From the NCBI GenBank assembly GCA_035549195.1, contig DASZRK010000055.1, positions 7,231-71,230 on the forward strand: 64,000 bases of DNA, read 5' to 3'. Shown one piece after another: positions 1 to 9,034 of this stretch (position 1 is its first letter; every line of letters begins with the position of its first letter). Origin of the DNA: a bacterium. Lineage in GTDB: Bacteria; Oederibacteriota; Muellerivitia; Muellerivitales; Muellerivitaceae. Below the pieces are notes generated by a model. That model saw only the letters and a program-made list of their open reading frames with translations, was not told the DNA's origin and searched no databases. A program made the translations under genes and the position numbers.

Positions 1-2
1 TG

Positions 3-647
3 ACGGGGGAGAAGGTCCTGCTCTTTCCATCGGTCAAACGCCTCGGCGGCGTGGCCGCCCAAGGTTGGGTCAAGGCCGCCAAGGGCCGGACCCTTTGGGT
101 CTCGGGGCCTTTGGCCCAGGACGGCTGGGGCCGGGCGACGGAGGGTTTCTCCAGTCTGGGCATCCAGGAGGAACGGGTCGAGGTCCTGCCGGAGGAATCC
201 CTGGGGATGAAAGGGGGGACGATCCCCCTGAACTATGGCAGCCACAAGACCGGTGTTGTGGACAAGGACGCGTCCCGGCCCGCCCAACTGCAGGTCCTTA
301 AGAAGAACGGGACGGCCCTCTATTATTCGCCCCTCCCGGTGGAAGCCAACGACCAGCGGGCGAGCGTGGCGGAGTTCTACCGAGCCCTGGCAACCTTCTG
401 CAAGGTCAAACCCTATTGCGAACTGAAAGGCGCCCCTGAGTTCGAGGTGACCGTGCTCCCCAAAAGGTTCTCGAAAGCGGCCCTTTATATCGCCTTCAAT
501 GAGAGCTCCCGGGACCACCGGATCCAGGTGAGGGACTTGAAGTTCGGGTTCAAGGCCGTGTTGGATATACCCGCGGGCCGGGCGGCCCTGGCGGTGTTCG
601 ACGCGAAGGGGAAAAAGCTGTTGGGATACGAGGGCCCGGACTTCTAA
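3..647 (+). CDS. 5'-truncated CDS, C-terminal part of an unknown protein, possibly a glycoside-hydrolase accessory domain
   Basis: Frame is open from the window edge (ACG at 3) to TAA at 645-647 with host-like codon usage. No diagnostic motif; the resemblance to GH42-type C-terminal domains is weak and contextual. Confidence 0.5.
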   Translation, partial: TGEKVLLFPSVKRLGGVAAQGWVKAAKGRTLWVSGPLAQDGWGRATEGFSSLGIQEERVEVLPEESLGMKGGTIPLNYGSHKTGVVDKDASRPAQLQVLKKNGTALYYSPLPVEANDQRASVAEFYRALATFCKVKPYCELKGAPEFEVTVLPKRFSKAALYIAFNESSRDHRIQVRDLKFGFKAVLDIPAGRAALAVFDAKGKKLLGYEGPDF

Positions 648-692
648 CGCCGGATCGAACCACAGAGAGCACAGAGAAGCAAAACCTAATTT

Positions 693-833
693 GCCACCGA
701 TGAAGGGGATGAACTCCGATAAGGATGAAAAGCACGGAGCTTTGGGTCGTGGACAAAAAAAGGCGGAAAAATCCTTTAGTTTTTAGGTTTTCGGTTTTAG
801 GTCCCATCGGTGTTCATCCCCTTCATCGGTGGC
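693..833. repeat. Intergenic inverted-repeat element (28-bp arms, 85-bp spacer)
   Basis: GCCACCGATGAAGGGGATGAACTCCGAT (693-720) matches the reverse complement of ATCGGTGTTCATCCCCTTCATCGGTGGC (806-833) at 27/28 positions. It is preceded by the 9-nt tandem ACCACAGAG-AGCACAGAG (659-676). Confidence 0.85.
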
Positions 834-867
834 TCATGGTCGTGCCGTTAATCCTTCGGAGGTTTTC

Positions 868-2799
868 ATGAAAAAGCTATTCCTGTTCCTGGCCGTGATC
901 CTCGCCGCCTCGGCGGCGGAGGCGAAGCTCAAGCTCCCCGCCATCTTCGGCGACCACATGGTGCTCCAGCGGGGCAAGTCGGCCGTATTCGGCTGGGCCG
1001 ACCCGGGCCAGAAGGTCACGGTCTCCATCGCCGGCAAGAAGGCCGCCGGAAAGGCGGACGCCGAGGGGAAGTTCAGGGTCCCCCTGGCCTTGGGCCAGGC
1101 CGGCGGGCCCTATGCCCTGGTCGTGACCTCCGACGAGTCGGTGACCCTCACCGATGTCCTGGTGGGCGATGTATGGATGGGGTCGGGCCAATCCAATATG
1201 GAATTCGCCACCAAGGCCTCCAGCGACGCTTCCACCGAGATCCCCAAGGCCGACTTCCCCAAGATCCGGCTTTTCACCGTTGAAAAGACGGCCTCCTTCA
1301 CCCCCGTGAGCGACGTCAAAGGCTCCTGGCAGGTCTGTTCCCCGGGAACGGTCGGGGATTTCTCGGCGGTGGCCTATCATTTCGGGAAGGAACTCCATGA
1401 GGCCTTGAAGGTCCCCGTCGGGTTGGTGGCGGCGAGTTGGGGCGGGACCGGAGCCGAGGATTGGACGCCCCGGGCGGACCTGGACGCGGACCCGGAATTG
1501 GCCAAGCTCGCCAAGGATTGGGAGGCCAACCAGGTCCAAAGGACCGCCTGGACCGAGGGGTTCCCCTACGACCTGTCGGTGTCGGACATCCGGTTGATCC
1601 CCAAGGACAAGTCGGGGAAGGAGATCCAGGTCCCCGTTTCCCCCCAGGATGGGAAGGGCACCTGGTCCGCGTCGGTCAAACCGGGCTGTACGGGCGATGT
1701 GGAAACGGGCCCGGCCATGCGGTTCCACGGGAAAATGATGGGCGGCGGCTGGGGGAGCGTGAGCACCAACCTGGGTTCGCCGACCATCGACCTGAGCGGC
1801 TACCAAGCCATCGAGTTCCAGGTCAAGGGAACGGGTTCCTATAAACTGACCCTGGGACAACCCAGCATCGGCGATTATGACTATTACGCCATGACCCAAA
1901 CCTTCACGGCCGGGGACAGCCCCCAGAAGGTCCATGTGGAGATCGCGGACCTGAAGCAAGGAGGCTGGGGATCGCCGAAAGCCTTCACGCCGGAAAGCAT
2001 TACCACCCTGAACTTCTCCATCCAGGTCCCCTATTGGCCGGACCTGCCTTCGGTCGCCTATAACGCGATGATCGATCCCCTGACGGGTTTTCCCATCAAG
2101 GGCGTGGTCTGGTACCAGGGCGAATCCAACGCCGGCCGGGCGGGGCAGTACGCCCAGCTGCTCTCGGGCCTCATCTCCGGGTGGCGCAAGGCCTGGGGCG
2201 AAAGATTCCCCTTCATCATCATCCAGCTCCCGAATTTCATGGCCCGCCAGGCGGCGCCGGTGGAGAGCGGCTGGGCCGACCTGCGGGAAGCCCAATGGGA
2301 GGTCTCCCAAAAGGTGCCCGCGGTCGGGTTGGTGACCACCATTGAACTGGGCGAAGCGGAGAATATCCACCCCAAGAACAAGACCGAGGTCGGCCGCCGG
2401 GCCGCGCTCTGGGCCCTCAAGAACGTCTATGGAAAGAAGATCGAGGCCTCGGGCCCGCAATTCATGAAGGCGAAACGGTCGGGCGGGAAGGTATTGGTGA
2501 CCTTCGCCGGCAAGGGATTGAAGACCCGCGACGGCGGGGAAGTGACGGGCTTCGCCCTGGGCGACCAGGACGGCCGCTATCACTGGGCCAAGGCCAAGAT
2601 CCAGGGGAACGGGGTGCTGGTCTGGAGCGAGGACGTTCCCGAGCCCTATGACCTGCGCTATGCCTGGGCGGACAACCCGGACTGCAACCTGGTCGGGTCC
2701 AATGGCCTGCCCGCCGGACCCTTCCACGTGAAGTTGGCCGAACGGCCGGTCCCCAAACCGGGCGCGGACAACTACATCCCGCCCCCGCCGGAGAACTAA
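868..2799 (+). CDS. Secreted sialate O-acetylesterase (SASA/SGNH) family protein with an inserted CIA30/CBM11-like domain
   Basis: GGAGG SD before ATG 868; signal peptide MKKLFLFLAVILAASAAEA. Motifs IFGDHMVLQR, GDVWMGSGQSNME, GVVWYQGESNA, IHPKNK, RYAWADNP. Confidence 0.9.
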   Translation: MKKLFLFLAVILAASAAEAKLKLPAIFGDHMVLQRGKSAVFGWADPGQKVTVSIAGKKAAGKADAEGKFRVPLALGQAGGPYALVVTSDESVTLTDVLVGDVWMGSGQSNMEFATKASSDASTEIPKADFPKIRLFTVEKTASFTPVSDVKGSWQVCSPGTVGDFSAVAYHFGKELHEALKVPVGLVAASWGGTGAEDWTPRADLDADPELAKLAKDWEANQVQRTAWTEGFPYDLSVSDIRLIPKDKSGKEIQVPVSPQDGKGTWSASVKPGCTGDVETGPAMRFHGKMMGGGWGSVSTNLGSPTIDLSGYQAIEFQVKGTGSYKLTLGQPSIGDYDYYAMTQTFTAGDSPQKVHVEIADLKQGGWGSPKAFTPESITTLNFSIQVPYWPDLPSVAYNAMIDPLTGFPIKGVVWYQGESNAGRAGQYAQLLSGLISGWRKAWGERFPFIIIQLPNFMARQAAPVESGWADLREAQWEVSQKVPAVGLVTTIELGEAENIHPKNKTEVGRRAALWALKNVYGKKIEASGPQFMKAKRSGGKVLVTFAGKGLKTRDGGEVTGFALGDQDGRYHWAKAKIQGNGVLVWSEDVPEPYDLRYAWADNPDCNLVGSNGLPAGPFHVKLAERPVPKPGADNYIPPPPEN

Positions 2800-2825
2800 G
2801 CCGGGGCGTCAGCGGCTTTTTACCG

Positions 2826-2860
2826 AAAGGGATCCACCTTGATCGGTGGATCCCTTTTTA
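2826..2860. terminator. Bidirectional intrinsic terminator
   Basis: AAAGGGATCCACC-ttgatc-GGTGGATCCCTTT followed by a T-tract, between convergent genes. Confidence 0.85.
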
Positions 2861-2868
2861 TTTTCAGG

Positions 2869-4449
2869 CTATTTCACGAATTCCACATCATCGACCTTGA
2901 AGTCAAAGTCGGGATCGGCGCTGCCGGGCGTGAAGGTCAATTTGGTGACGTCGTTGAACGTCTTCTCCAGTTGTTTGCCCCAATTCGGCTGGGTGAGGTC
3001 CTGGAACTTCAGGGTGACCCGGGTCCAGGCGGCGGGCGACGTGAAATTCCCCTGGAAATCGCAATAGTCGGTGACCGAGGCCTTGTTCAGGGACAGGGAA
3101 TGGGCCTTGCCGTCCCCCTGGGTGAAGAACCGGACCGCGCTGTAGGCCGAGAGGTCCATGGGTTTACCGGCAGGGTCCAGGGACAATGACAAGAGGGCCC
3201 AGGGCCAGGGCGCCTGCATGGGCCCCATGTGCCCCTTCATCCCCGCGCAATGGCCGCTGGAAGTAGGCGAACCGCCGGGCAAGGCCGTGAAAGGCACCGG
3301 GGAGAGCTTGGTCACGCCGTTCCCGTCGCAGCCTTCCCACCACATGCCGCCCAGGGCCGAAGCGCCCGATTCGAAATCATCCACCTTCAGGACGTCCATG
3401 GCCGGGGCCTTGGCCACGGAAGAGGTATCGATGACGGCGGCCTTTTCCTGGTGGACACCCGCAGCGGCGGCCAGGGTCGGTCCGTGCCAGGCCACGTTCT
3501 TGAGCGTCAATTCCCCGGCGTCCATGGAGACCAGGTAGGTGTCTTTTGCGATGGGGGTCAGGACCTTTCCCTTCTGGGAAACCTGGAGCTTGTCCCCCTG
3601 GGCCAGGACCTTCACTTGGACCCCCTGGGGGAAATGATCGGGGTTGTTCCAGGTCAAATGGAGTTGGTCCGTGGGGCGGGAGGGAATGGCGGCTTCCAGG
3701 GTCTTTTGGCCGCGCCAATAGGCGCCGACCTCGCCGAAGGGGGCCACCCAGAGCTGTTTCGAGTTCTGGGCCAAATAATCCAGCAAGTCGAGGTAGCTCC
3801 TCTTGGGGATGGGTTGGTACCAGGTCGAACCCTCGATGGCGTGGATCATGAGCACCGTCCAGGCGCCCCCGGCCAGGTCCTGGTCCACCCAATCCTTATA
3901 GGTCCCATAGGCGTAGGCGGTCATGGTGGCTTGGCTGGGGATGTTGAACCAGTCCGGGTCCTGGTCGGGGGTCAGGTAGGCGGCCCCGCCCCCGCCCCGG
4001 GCCAGGAAGTCATGGGCGGCCACGCTTTTCTTGAGTTCGGGGGAGATCTCCACGAAGGGATAGGCGAAGGTGAGGACGGGGGAGCCGGTCAGTTTCTCCA
4101 GCTTGTCCTTGGCCTGTTCCACCTCGGTCTTCTCGTCCCCGGGTTTGAAGTCGGCGATATGCCGGTGGCTCCAGCTGTGGTTGCCGATCTCCTGGCCGGA
4201 CTGGAAGGCCTTCTTCCACTCCTCGTCCCGGCCCATCTTGCCGGCGATGAGGAAGAAGGTGCCCCTCAAACCCCGTTTGTTCATCTCGGGGATGGCGACA
4301 TCCAGGTGGATGGGATCGGCGTCATCGTAGGTGAGGGAAAGGGCGGCTTTATAGCCGTTCCAGGGAAGGACCTCGAAAGGGACCTCCTTGGCCGATAAGG
4401 CCAAGGGGGATAGGGCCAGGATGGCGGCCAAGAGACAGGCGGTTTTCAT
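2869..4449 (-). CDS. Secreted polysaccharide deacetylase (CE4/NodB) with C-terminal CIA30/CBM11-like domain
   Basis: Signal peptide MKTACLLAAILALSPLALSA. CE4 motifs LTYDDA, NHSWSH, FAYPF, LMIH. The C-terminal domain runs from VDDFE through DLSAYSAVRF to FKVDDVEF. Confidence 0.88.
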   Translation of the reverse strand: MKTACLLAAILALSPLALSAKEVPFEVLPWNGYKAALSLTYDDADPIHLDVAIPEMNKRGLRGTFFLIAGKMGRDEEWKKAFQSGQEIGNHSWSHRHIADFKPGDEKTEVEQAKDKLEKLTGSPVLTFAYPFVEISPELKKSVAAHDFLARGGGGAAYLTPDQDPDWFNIPSQATMTAYAYGTYKDWVDQDLAGGAWTVLMIHAIEGSTWYQPIPKRSYLDLLDYLAQNSKQLWVAPFGEVGAYWRGQKTLEAAIPSRPTDQLHLTWNNPDHFPQGVQVKVLAQGDKLQVSQKGKVLTPIAKDTYLVSMDAGELTLKNVAWHGPTLAAAAGVHQEKAAVIDTSSVAKAPAMDVLKVDDFESGASALGGMWWEGCDGNGVTKLSPVPFTALPGGSPTSSGHCAGMKGHMGPMQAPWPWALLSLSLDPAGKPMDLSAYSAVRFFTQGDGKAHSLSLNKASVTDYCDFQGNFTSPAAWTRVTLKFQDLTQPNWGKQLEKTFNDVTKLTFTPGSADPDFDFKVDDVEFVK

Positions 4450-4510
4450 GAAAGACCTTTCGGTTCGATGATCCGGCGGCATATTTTAGACGAAGTAAGA
4501 GGAAATAGTG

Positions 4511-5362
4511 TCAAAGCAGGCCTAGGGGGAGGGCTCCTGTGTCGAACGGGACCGAAAGAGGGCTTCCTTTCCAGAGAGCCTTCAGGATGACGCCGGCAGG
4601 AAAAGGGTCGGGTCTTTTCCAAGCGATGGGTCGGCCGGGGAACGCGTCCGCCAGCGCTTTTTCGATGATCTTCTGCGCTTTCCAGTAGGCCCCCACCTCG
4701 GCGAAAGGGGCGACCCAGATCTTGTCCTTTTGGGAGGCGATGAGGTCCAGCAGTCCATCGAAGACGGCGCGGGGCATGGGTTGCCAGCCTTCGCCGCCAC
4801 CCTCGATGCCATGCAGTTGGAAAATGGTCCAACTTTCCTGGCGGTAGGTTTCTTGGACCCATTTCTCGTAGGTCGATAAGGGGAAGCTGCTCATGGCGAC
4901 CTGGCTTGGGACCTCGGACCAATCGGGGTCCTCTTGGGGCGCCCAATAATAGCGACCTTGGCCGCCGCGCGAGAGGAAGTGGTGGGCCTGGGCCGCCTCT
5001 TTCAACCCGGGGGTCGTTTCGGTGAAGGGATAGGCGAAGGTATGGATGGGGACCTTCAGGATCCTTTCCAGGGCCGCTTTCGCTTCGGCGACCTGCCGGA
5101 CATCCTCGCCGGGACCCAGGTCCTTGGTCCTTTTATGGGAGATGGAGTGGTTGGCGACCTCATGGCCGCCTTCGACGAGCCGCTTCCAGCCTTGCTGGTC
5201 CTGGGATCGTCCCGCCACGACGAAAAAGGTCCCGCGAAGCCCCCGGCGTTCCAACGCGGGCGCGGCGATCTCCCAATGGGCGGGAACCCCGTCATCGAAT
5301 GTCAGGGATAAAGCGGCTTTATGACCGTTCCAGGGGAGGATTTTAAGGGATAGGGAGTCCAT
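4511..5362 (-). CDS. Polysaccharide deacetylase (CE4), tandem paralog without signal peptide or CBM
   Basis: Motifs LTFDDG, NHSISH, FAYPF, FQLH. Colinear with the catalytic domain of the downstream gene (PWNG.KAALSLT, WVAPF.EVGAYW). Confidence 0.88.
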   Translation of the reverse strand: MDSLSLKILPWNGHKAALSLTFDDGVPAHWEIAAPALERRGLRGTFFVVAGRSQDQQGWKRLVEGGHEVANHSISHKRTKDLGPGEDVRQVAEAKAALERILKVPIHTFAYPFTETTPGLKEAAQAHHFLSRGGQGRYYWAPQEDPDWSEVPSQVAMSSFPLSTYEKWVQETYRQESWTIFQLHGIEGGGEGWQPMPRAVFDGLLDLIASQKDKIWVAPFAEVGAYWKAQKIIEKALADAFPGRPIAWKRPDPFPAGVILKALWKGSPLSVPFDTGALPLGLL

Positions 5363-5430
5363 GGATTTCGTGGCCTATGCTCGCCGGTTGGTTAAAATAC
5401 CCACCCATAGAATAAGCCTGGAGGAAAACC

Positions 5431-6168
5431 CTGAAACAGTCCAAAAAGACCTCGGCCCAAGGCCCCTTGACCCTGTCCATCGACATCGGGGGCACCGGCC
5501 TCAAGGCCTCGGTCCTGGATAGGAACGGAAAGATGGTGGTGGACCGGGTCCGGATGGACACTCCCTATCCCTGCCCCCCGAAGGTCCTGGTGGAAGCCCT
5601 CGTTCAACTGGTCGAACCCTTGCCCGCCTTTGACCGGGTCTCCATCGGATTTCCCGGTGTGGTCCGGGAAGGAAAGGTCATCACCGCCCCCCATTTCAAG
5701 GATGAGAAATGGTCGCGGTTCCCGCTTTGCACAACCCTGGGAAAGATATGGGGCAAGCCCGTGCGGCTCCTCAACGACGCGGACATGCAGGGCCTAGCGG
5801 TGGTGAAGGGGAAGGGGCTGGAATTGGTGGTGACCCTGGGGACCGGGGTGGGGACGGCGCTTTTCAAGAACGGGGAGCTGATGCAGAGGATGGAACTGGC
5901 CCAGCATCCGGCCTGGCACAACAAGACCTACAACGAATATATCGGCGACAAGGTGCTCAAGAAGAAGGGCCGGAAGAAATGGAACAAGCGGGTGCGGCAC
6001 GCTTTGGAACTTTTGAACACGCTCCTGAACCCGGACCTGGTCTATATCGGTGGGGGTAACGCCCGCGAGTTGAACTTCAAGTTGGCGAAGAACACGAAGG
6101 TCGTTCCCAATGAAGCGGGGATCTTGGGCGGGATCGCGCTTTGGGAGCAAAAGGAAGGGTCGCTGTAG
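5431..6168 (+). CDS. ppgK: ROK family sugar kinase, polyphosphate glucokinase-like
   Basis: Motifs IDIGGTGLKA, NDAD, VVTLGTGVGTALF, VYIGGGN. Start placed at CTG 5431 (GGAGG 6 nt upstream, in-frame TAA at 5413); alternative is TTG 5467. Confidence 0.75.
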   Translation: MKQSKKTSAQGPLTLSIDIGGTGLKASVLDRNGKMVVDRVRMDTPYPCPPKVLVEALVQLVEPLPAFDRVSIGFPGVVREGKVITAPHFKDEKWSRFPLCTTLGKIWGKPVRLLNDADMQGLAVVKGKGLELVVTLGTGVGTALFKNGELMQRMELAQHPAWHNKTYNEYIGDKVLKKKGRKKWNKRVRHALELLNTLLNPDLVYIGGGNARELNFKLAKNTKVVPNEAGILGGIALWEQKEGSL

Positions 6169-6198
6169 GCCCTATATCACCCATATAAGGAAGGGAAC

Positions 6199-7161
6199 AT
6201 GCCAGTCCTCGACATGCCGTTGGCCAAGCTGAAGAAGTACAAGGGGATCAACCCCAAACCCAAGGACTTCGATGCCTTTTGGGAGAAGGGGCTGAGGGCG
6301 ATGCGGGAGACCGATCCGAAGATCGAGAGCGTGCCGAACAAGACCCTGTCGGTCTCTTACGCCCAATTCTTCGATCTTTATTGGACCGGAGTGGGCGGGG
6401 CCCGTATCCACGCCAAGTTGGTCCGGCCCACCCATGCGAAAGGCCCGCAACCCGTTCTCTTGTCCTTCCATGGCTATAGCGTCCATTCCGGGGATTGGTC
6501 CGATGCGTTGGCTTATGTGGCGGAAGGGTTCACCGTCGTCAGCCTGGATTGCCGGGGCCAGGGCGGTAGCTCGGAGGACAACGGCGGCACCAAGGGGATG
6601 ACCCTGCGCGGACACTTTGTCCGGGGTTTGGACGATGAGCCGGAAAAGCTCCTGTTCCGGCAGATCTTCCTGGATTGCGCGCAGATGGCCAAGATCGTTC
6701 TGGAGTTGCCGGGTGTGGACGTGAAGCGGGTGGCGGCCCGGGGCGGGAGCCAGGGTGGGGCCCTGACCCTGGCCTGCGCGGCCTTGGAACCGAGGGTCAA
6801 GCGCATCGCGCCCTTTTATCCCTTCCTTTCGGACTACCAGAGGGTCTGGGAAATGGACCTGGCCAAGGACGCCTACGAGGAACTTCAATATTTCTTCCGC
6901 AGCTTCGACCCTTTCCATGAGAAGGAAAAGGAGATATTCACGAAACTGGGCTATATCGACGTCCATCACTTGGCGCCCCGCATCAAGGCGGAGACGCTGA
7001 TGGGCATCACCCTGATGGACCCCATCTGCCCGCCCTCCACCCAGTTCGCGGCCTTCAACAGGATCAAGGCCAAGAAGGAAGCGGTCATTTACCCGGATTA
7101 TTCCCACGAATACCTGAGGGGCTGGGCGGACATTTCCATGAAGTTCCTCTTGGCCGTCTGA
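6199..7161 (+). CDS. Acetyl xylan esterase / cephalosporin-C deacetylase (CE7, alpha/beta hydrolase)
   Basis: Motifs P.DFDAFW, FHGY, DCRGQGG, nucleophile GGSQGG, D.ICPPSTQFA, catalytic H in YSHE. Confidence 0.9.
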   Translation: MPVLDMPLAKLKKYKGINPKPKDFDAFWEKGLRAMRETDPKIESVPNKTLSVSYAQFFDLYWTGVGGARIHAKLVRPTHAKGPQPVLLSFHGYSVHSGDWSDALAYVAEGFTVVSLDCRGQGGSSEDNGGTKGMTLRGHFVRGLDDEPEKLLFRQIFLDCAQMAKIVLELPGVDVKRVAARGGSQGGALTLACAALEPRVKRIAPFYPFLSDYQRVWEMDLAKDAYEELQYFFRSFDPFHEKEKEIFTKLGYIDVHHLAPRIKAETLMGITLMDPICPPSTQFAAFNRIKAKKEAVIYPDYSHEYLRGWADISMKFLLAV

Positions 7162-7946
7162 TGGGCGGGACCGTCCGGCCCTGCTTCCTTTGCGGGAAAG
7201 AGGGCGTCCCCTATGCCAAGGTCGAGGACCACGACTACCTGAAATGTCCCGGGTGCGGCCTGGTCTATGTGGATGTCATCGAGCCCCCGGACAAGCTTTA
7301 TGGGTCCTATGACGGGGGAGGCTTCAAATCCCTCCGGCGCAAGCTTTTCATGCCGTTCCGTTCCTTCCAGGGCGCCAAGAACTTCGAAAGGTCCATGGAA
7401 CGGGCGCGGCGCGTCTTCGACCAGGTGATGCGGAACTCGGCCTGCCCGGCCGGGGTTTTCCTGGATATCGGTTGCAATAAGGGGTTCCTCCTGGCGGCGG
7501 CCGCCGAGAAGGGCTGGGACGTCCATGGGGTGGAGCTGGTGCCCGAGTTGACCATCCCTTTCAAAAAGCAATATCCGCAGTTCGCGGACCAGGTCCACTC
7601 GACGGGTTTCGGAGAAGCCCAAACCTCTTTCAAGGCGGGCATGTTCGATGCCATCTCCGCCATCGATGTGATCGAGCATTTTGAGGACCCCCGCAAGGAC
7701 ATGAGCCGGATCTTCGAAATGCTGGCGCCCCAAGGACTTTTGCTGGTCCAAACCCCGGATACCCAGGACCCGCTGGCCATGGAAAGACGGGAGAATTGGG
7801 GCGCCTTGAAGCCCCGGGAACACCTGCATCTTTTCAGCCGCCATAATCTGGAAAGATTCGCGAAGGAATTGGGTTACCGGGAAATGAAGATCGTCGAGGC
7901 TTTCGATCAGGAGGACGGCAACTTCGCGGCTGTCCTTAAGAAATAA
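7161..7946 (+). CDS. Class I SAM-dependent methyltransferase with N-terminal zinc ribbon
   Basis: CxxC...CxxC at the N-terminus; motifs LDIGCNKG, DVIEHFEDP, HLHLFS. ATG overlaps the upstream TGA. Confidence 0.85.
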   Translation: MGGTVRPCFLCGKEGVPYAKVEDHDYLKCPGCGLVYVDVIEPPDKLYGSYDGGGFKSLRRKLFMPFRSFQGAKNFERSMERARRVFDQVMRNSACPAGVFLDIGCNKGFLLAAAAEKGWDVHGVELVPELTIPFKKQYPQFADQVHSTGFGEAQTSFKAGMFDAISAIDVIEHFEDPRKDMSRIFEMLAPQGLLLVQTPDTQDPLAMERRENWGALKPREHLHLFSRHNLERFAKELGYREMKIVEAFDQEDGNFAAVLKK

Positions 7947-7953
7947 GGCTTTT

Positions 7954-8039
7954 ACCACGGAGGGCACGGAGAACACGGAGAAGGATTTTTGACCTGAACC
8001 AAACGGCTTTAACTCCGTAACCGCCGGGTTCCCTGTGGT
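7954..8039. repeat. Periodic imperfect inverted-repeat element
   Basis: ACCACGGAG-GGCACGGAG-AACACGGAG (7954-7980) with a degenerate complementary arm CTCCGTAAC-CGCCGGGTT-CCCTGTGGT (8013-8039), between convergent stop codons. Confidence 0.7.
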
Positions 8040-9011
8040 TCAAACTTGGTGATTTTCGATAAAGTCTTTCATATCGGCGGGTAATTCAGCGGCGAACGAG
8101 ATCTTTTGACCGGTGACGGGGTGGGCGAAGGCCAGTTTCGAGGCGTGGAGCAGTTGCCGGTCGCTTTCCAGGACCCCTTTCCAACCCGGGTCCCCGCCGG
8201 CCTTGACGTGACGAAGATAAGCGAGGAATTCGGCGTCGGTCCTTCCATAAAGCTTGTCCCCGACGACCGGATGGCCGATGGAATCCAGGTGGACCCGGAT
8301 CTGGTTGGTCCGGCCGGTCTTGGGGATGCAGCGTAGGTGGGTATAGCCCCTCAGGCCAGCGATCTTCCGGAAAAGGGTCCGGGCCGGTTTTGAAAAGGGC
8401 GTCCCCTCGGGAACGACTTTCTGCCGGACCGAGATCTCGCTTTGCTCATCCCGGCCGATGGCACCGGCCACCTCGAATCCCTCCTCGGCCAGGTCGCCCT
8501 TCACCACCGTCTCGTATTCCTTTTCGACCAGTCCCTTCTCGAATTGCTGGACCAAGGCCTGGTGGGATTTTTTGTCCTTGGCCACGACCATGAGCCCGCT
8601 GGTCTCGCGGTCCAGGCGGTGCACCAGTTTCGCCTCGCCCTTCCATCCCTTGGACCGGAGCATTTCCCCGAGGATGTAAATGAAGGTGTTCTTGATGAAA
8701 TTGCCGTCCGCATGGGAAGGGAGTTGGCCGGGCTTGTCGGCGACCAGGAAGGTCCCCTCCTCATGCAGGATGCGGATGTTCCGGTCCACGGGCGGTTCCC
8801 GGAGGATGACCGAATAGGAGACCAGGTCGCCTTGGCGAAGGATGGTCTCCGGGGGGACGGAATTCCCGTTGACCGTCACCTTGCCTTCGAGGATCAGGTC
8901 GTGCCAGGCTTCGGCTGTTTGATAACGGAAGCGCTTGGCGAGGTAATCGACCAAGCCCAAGGAGGCCAGATGGGCGGGAACCTTCGAACGGAGTTGGGTC
9001 TCTTCGGACAT
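8040..9011 (-). CDS. RluA/RluD family RNA pseudouridine synthase with N-terminal S4-like domain
   Basis: Motifs DKPGQL, HRLDRETSG (catalytic Asp), TGRTNQIRVH, GHPVVGDKLY, LHA. GAGGA SD before ATG 9011. Confidence 0.93.
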   Translation of the reverse strand: MSEETQLRSKVPAHLASLGLVDYLAKRFRYQTAEAWHDLILEGKVTVNGNSVPPETILRQGDLVSYSVILREPPVDRNIRILHEEGTFLVADKPGQLPSHADGNFIKNTFIYILGEMLRSKGWKGEAKLVHRLDRETSGLMVVAKDKKSHQALVQQFEKGLVEKEYETVVKGDLAEEGFEVAGAIGRDEQSEISVRQKVVPEGTPFSKPARTLFRKIAGLRGYTHLRCIPKTGRTNQIRVHLDSIGHPVVGDKLYGRTDAEFLAYLRHVKAGGDPGWKGVLESDRQLLHASKLAFAHPVTGQKISFAAELPADMKDFIENHQV

Positions 9012-9034
9012 CGTTCCTCGGTGGTTTGTGGTTT

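Noticed and set aside
659-833. Short periodic repeats as a possible CRISPR array
   Set aside because: There are no constant repeats with unique spacers and no cas genes; the structure is an inverted repeat.
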